In this document: in pieces, positions 53,493-54,755 of the stretch
How positions within the stretch are numbered: position 1 is the stretch's first letter
Layout of the letters: each line of letters opens with the position of its first letter
IMG/VR virus record: IMGVR_UViG_3300027022_000012
Coordinates: 1 to 54,755 of that record
DNA length: 54,755 nucleotides
Reading direction: 5' to 3' (one strand)
From: a virus
Lineage: Duplodnaviria > Caudoviricetes
Notes under the pieces: model-generated
What the model was told of the DNA's origin: nothing
The model's database searches: none
Seen by the model: the letters and a program-made list of their open reading frames with translations, nothing else
Translations under genes and position numbers: made by a program

Positions 53493-54755
53493 TCAGTCAA
53501 CCTTTCTGTTCACGCGTCTGGGCAGCTTCAGCAGATCTGAAACTGGCATTTGGCCGGCCATCAAAAGGTCAGCCCACTCCTGCAAAATGTCCCTTCGCTG
53601 CCTCAGATAAAGCGCTCGGTTATAGGCGGCCTCAACCTTATCCTTCGGCACGTGCGCGAGCGTGAAATCGATAATGTGCCGGTCTTCCGGCCGCCGCTCA
53701 TTCATCACGGTCGAGAAGGCGGCCCGCCAGCCATGCGGCACATGCTTGTGGTGGTAGCCGGCGCGGTTCAGGAGGTAACCAATCGCGTTCTCCGACATCG
53801 TCTTGTGCGCGTGTCTAGTATTCGGGAAGACGAGCGGGCCGCGGCCAGTCAGCGAGTAGAGAGCCCTGATCGTGTCCATGGCCTGGCTGGACAGCGGAAC
53901 GATATGATCGCGGCGCTCGTCATCCTTGAACTGTTTCCGCAGCTTCATGCGGGCTGCCGGCACTATCCAGACCGGTTCTTCCTCCTCAACCTCTTCCAGC
54001 TCCTCCCATGGCGTCTTTATCAGCGTGCCAGGCCGGAGTACTGTCAGCGCGAGCAGTCGGTTCGCCAGCTTCGTGACAGGGTGCCCGGGCGTTGAGTCGA
54101 CTCGCTCGATGATCTCCCGGACTTCGGCGAGATCGGTGACCGCTGGCTGTCTCCCCCGGCTAAGCGGGGCCATAGCCTTTTCAACCTGCGCGGCCGGATC
54201 GGATTCGGCGATTCCCTTTGCGATGCAGAACTGGAACACGTGCGAGACCCGTTGCCGGATCCTGCGCGCCGTGTCCTTGGCGCCGCGCTTCTCCACCTTC
54301 CGCAGCATGTCCAGCACGTCGAGGGCCGTGATCTCCTTCACCGGCCGCGCGCCGAGATCCGGAAAAGCCTCCTTCTTGAAGCTCCTCCAGACGTCATCGG
54401 CGTGTTTCTCCGCCCACATCGGCTTGTTGATCTCAAACCATTCCCGGGCCTGAACCTCGAACGTATTCGAGCTGTCGGATGCCGCCTGAGCGCGTCCCAG
54501 CAGTTTCAGGGCTGAAGGGTCCCGCCCAGCCTTTACCTCGCGCCGCGCGTCGTCCCTTGCGATTCTAGCGTCGGCCAGGCTGATGTCCGGATAGTCCCCG
54601 ATGGTGAGCAGCTTCTCTTTGCCGTCAATCCGGTACCGGTAGCGCCACACCTTGCTGCCGGCAGGGCTCACGTTGAGGTAGAGCCCGTTTGAATCCGTCA
54701 GCTTGACCGGCTTGTCGCCAGCCTTTGTTTTCCTGATCTTCGTATCCGTAAGCAT
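53493..54755 (-). CDS. int: P4-like tyrosine integrase with Arm DNA-binding domain
   Basis: MLTDTKIR..K..K.TD..GLYL; LRPG, HIVPLS, HGWR, LAH, AYNRA.YL..RR..LQ.WAD. Confidence 0.96.
   Translation of the reverse strand: MLTDTKIRKTKAGDKPVKLTDSNGLYLNVSPAGSKVWRYRYRIDGKEKLLTIGDYPDISLADARIARDDARREVKAGRDPSALKLLGRAQAASDSSNTFEVQAREWFEINKPMWAEKHADDVWRSFKKEAFPDLGARPVKEITALDVLDMLRKVEKRGAKDTARRIRQRVSHVFQFCIAKGIAESDPAAQVEKAMAPLSRGRQPAVTDLAEVREIIERVDSTPGHPVTKLANRLLALTVLRPGTLIKTPWEELEEVEEEEPVWIVPAARMKLRKQFKDDERRDHIVPLSSQAMDTIRALYSLTGRGPLVFPNTRHAHKTMSENAIGYLLNRAGYHHKHVPHGWRAAFSTVMNERRPEDRHIIDFTLAHVPKDKVEAAYNRALYLRQRRDILQEWADLLMAGQMPVSDLLKLPRRVNRKVD

Larger units (their letters stand above)
159..54755. mobile_element. 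Temperate siphovirus-type prophage, apparently complete (right att just outside window)
   Basis: Integrase, repressor/Cro, recombination, replication, terminase, portal, capsid, non-contractile tail and lysis modules in lambdoid order. Confidence 0.93.

Overview
Nearly the whole window is one apparently intact temperate, siphovirus-type prophage of an alphaproteobacterium, probably Rhizobiales-like (GcrA, GapR-like and CtrA-like genes, an alphaproteobacterial LexA box). The left edge holds the 3' end of an IS481-family element (1-148) and a 15-bp copy of a tRNA-Ser 3' end (159-173, probable att core). A P4-like tyrosine integrase lies at the right edge (53493-54755, minus strand), so the partner att/tRNA is probably just beyond the window. 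Layout, left to right: a LexA-boxed two-gene operon; a leftward early operon (AlpA, DUF5131, two DEDDh exonucleases, RecET, an acyl carrier protein); the immunity region (lipoprotein, secreted protein, S24 repressor, Cro, operators); a rightward operon (CII-like, GcrA, GapR-like, RuvC, CtrA-like wHTH, four tandem methyltransferases, primase, helicase); two tRNAs; ParB plus a GREB1/TAGT-like glycosyltransferase directly ahead of the terminase; head and tail genes with a -1 frameshift chaperone pair and a beta-helix tailspike; lysis genes; and a moron with a GNAT-like/PAS-like convergent pair. The best leads are (1) the GNAT-like + PAS-like moron, possibly linked to the phage ACP as an acyl-signal module, (2) a TET-less, packaging-linked DNA glycosylation module with four methyltransferases, (3) a set of host cell-cycle regulator mimics, and (4) several densely structured non-coding regions. 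All family calls come from motif recognition by eye; no database search or folding program was run.
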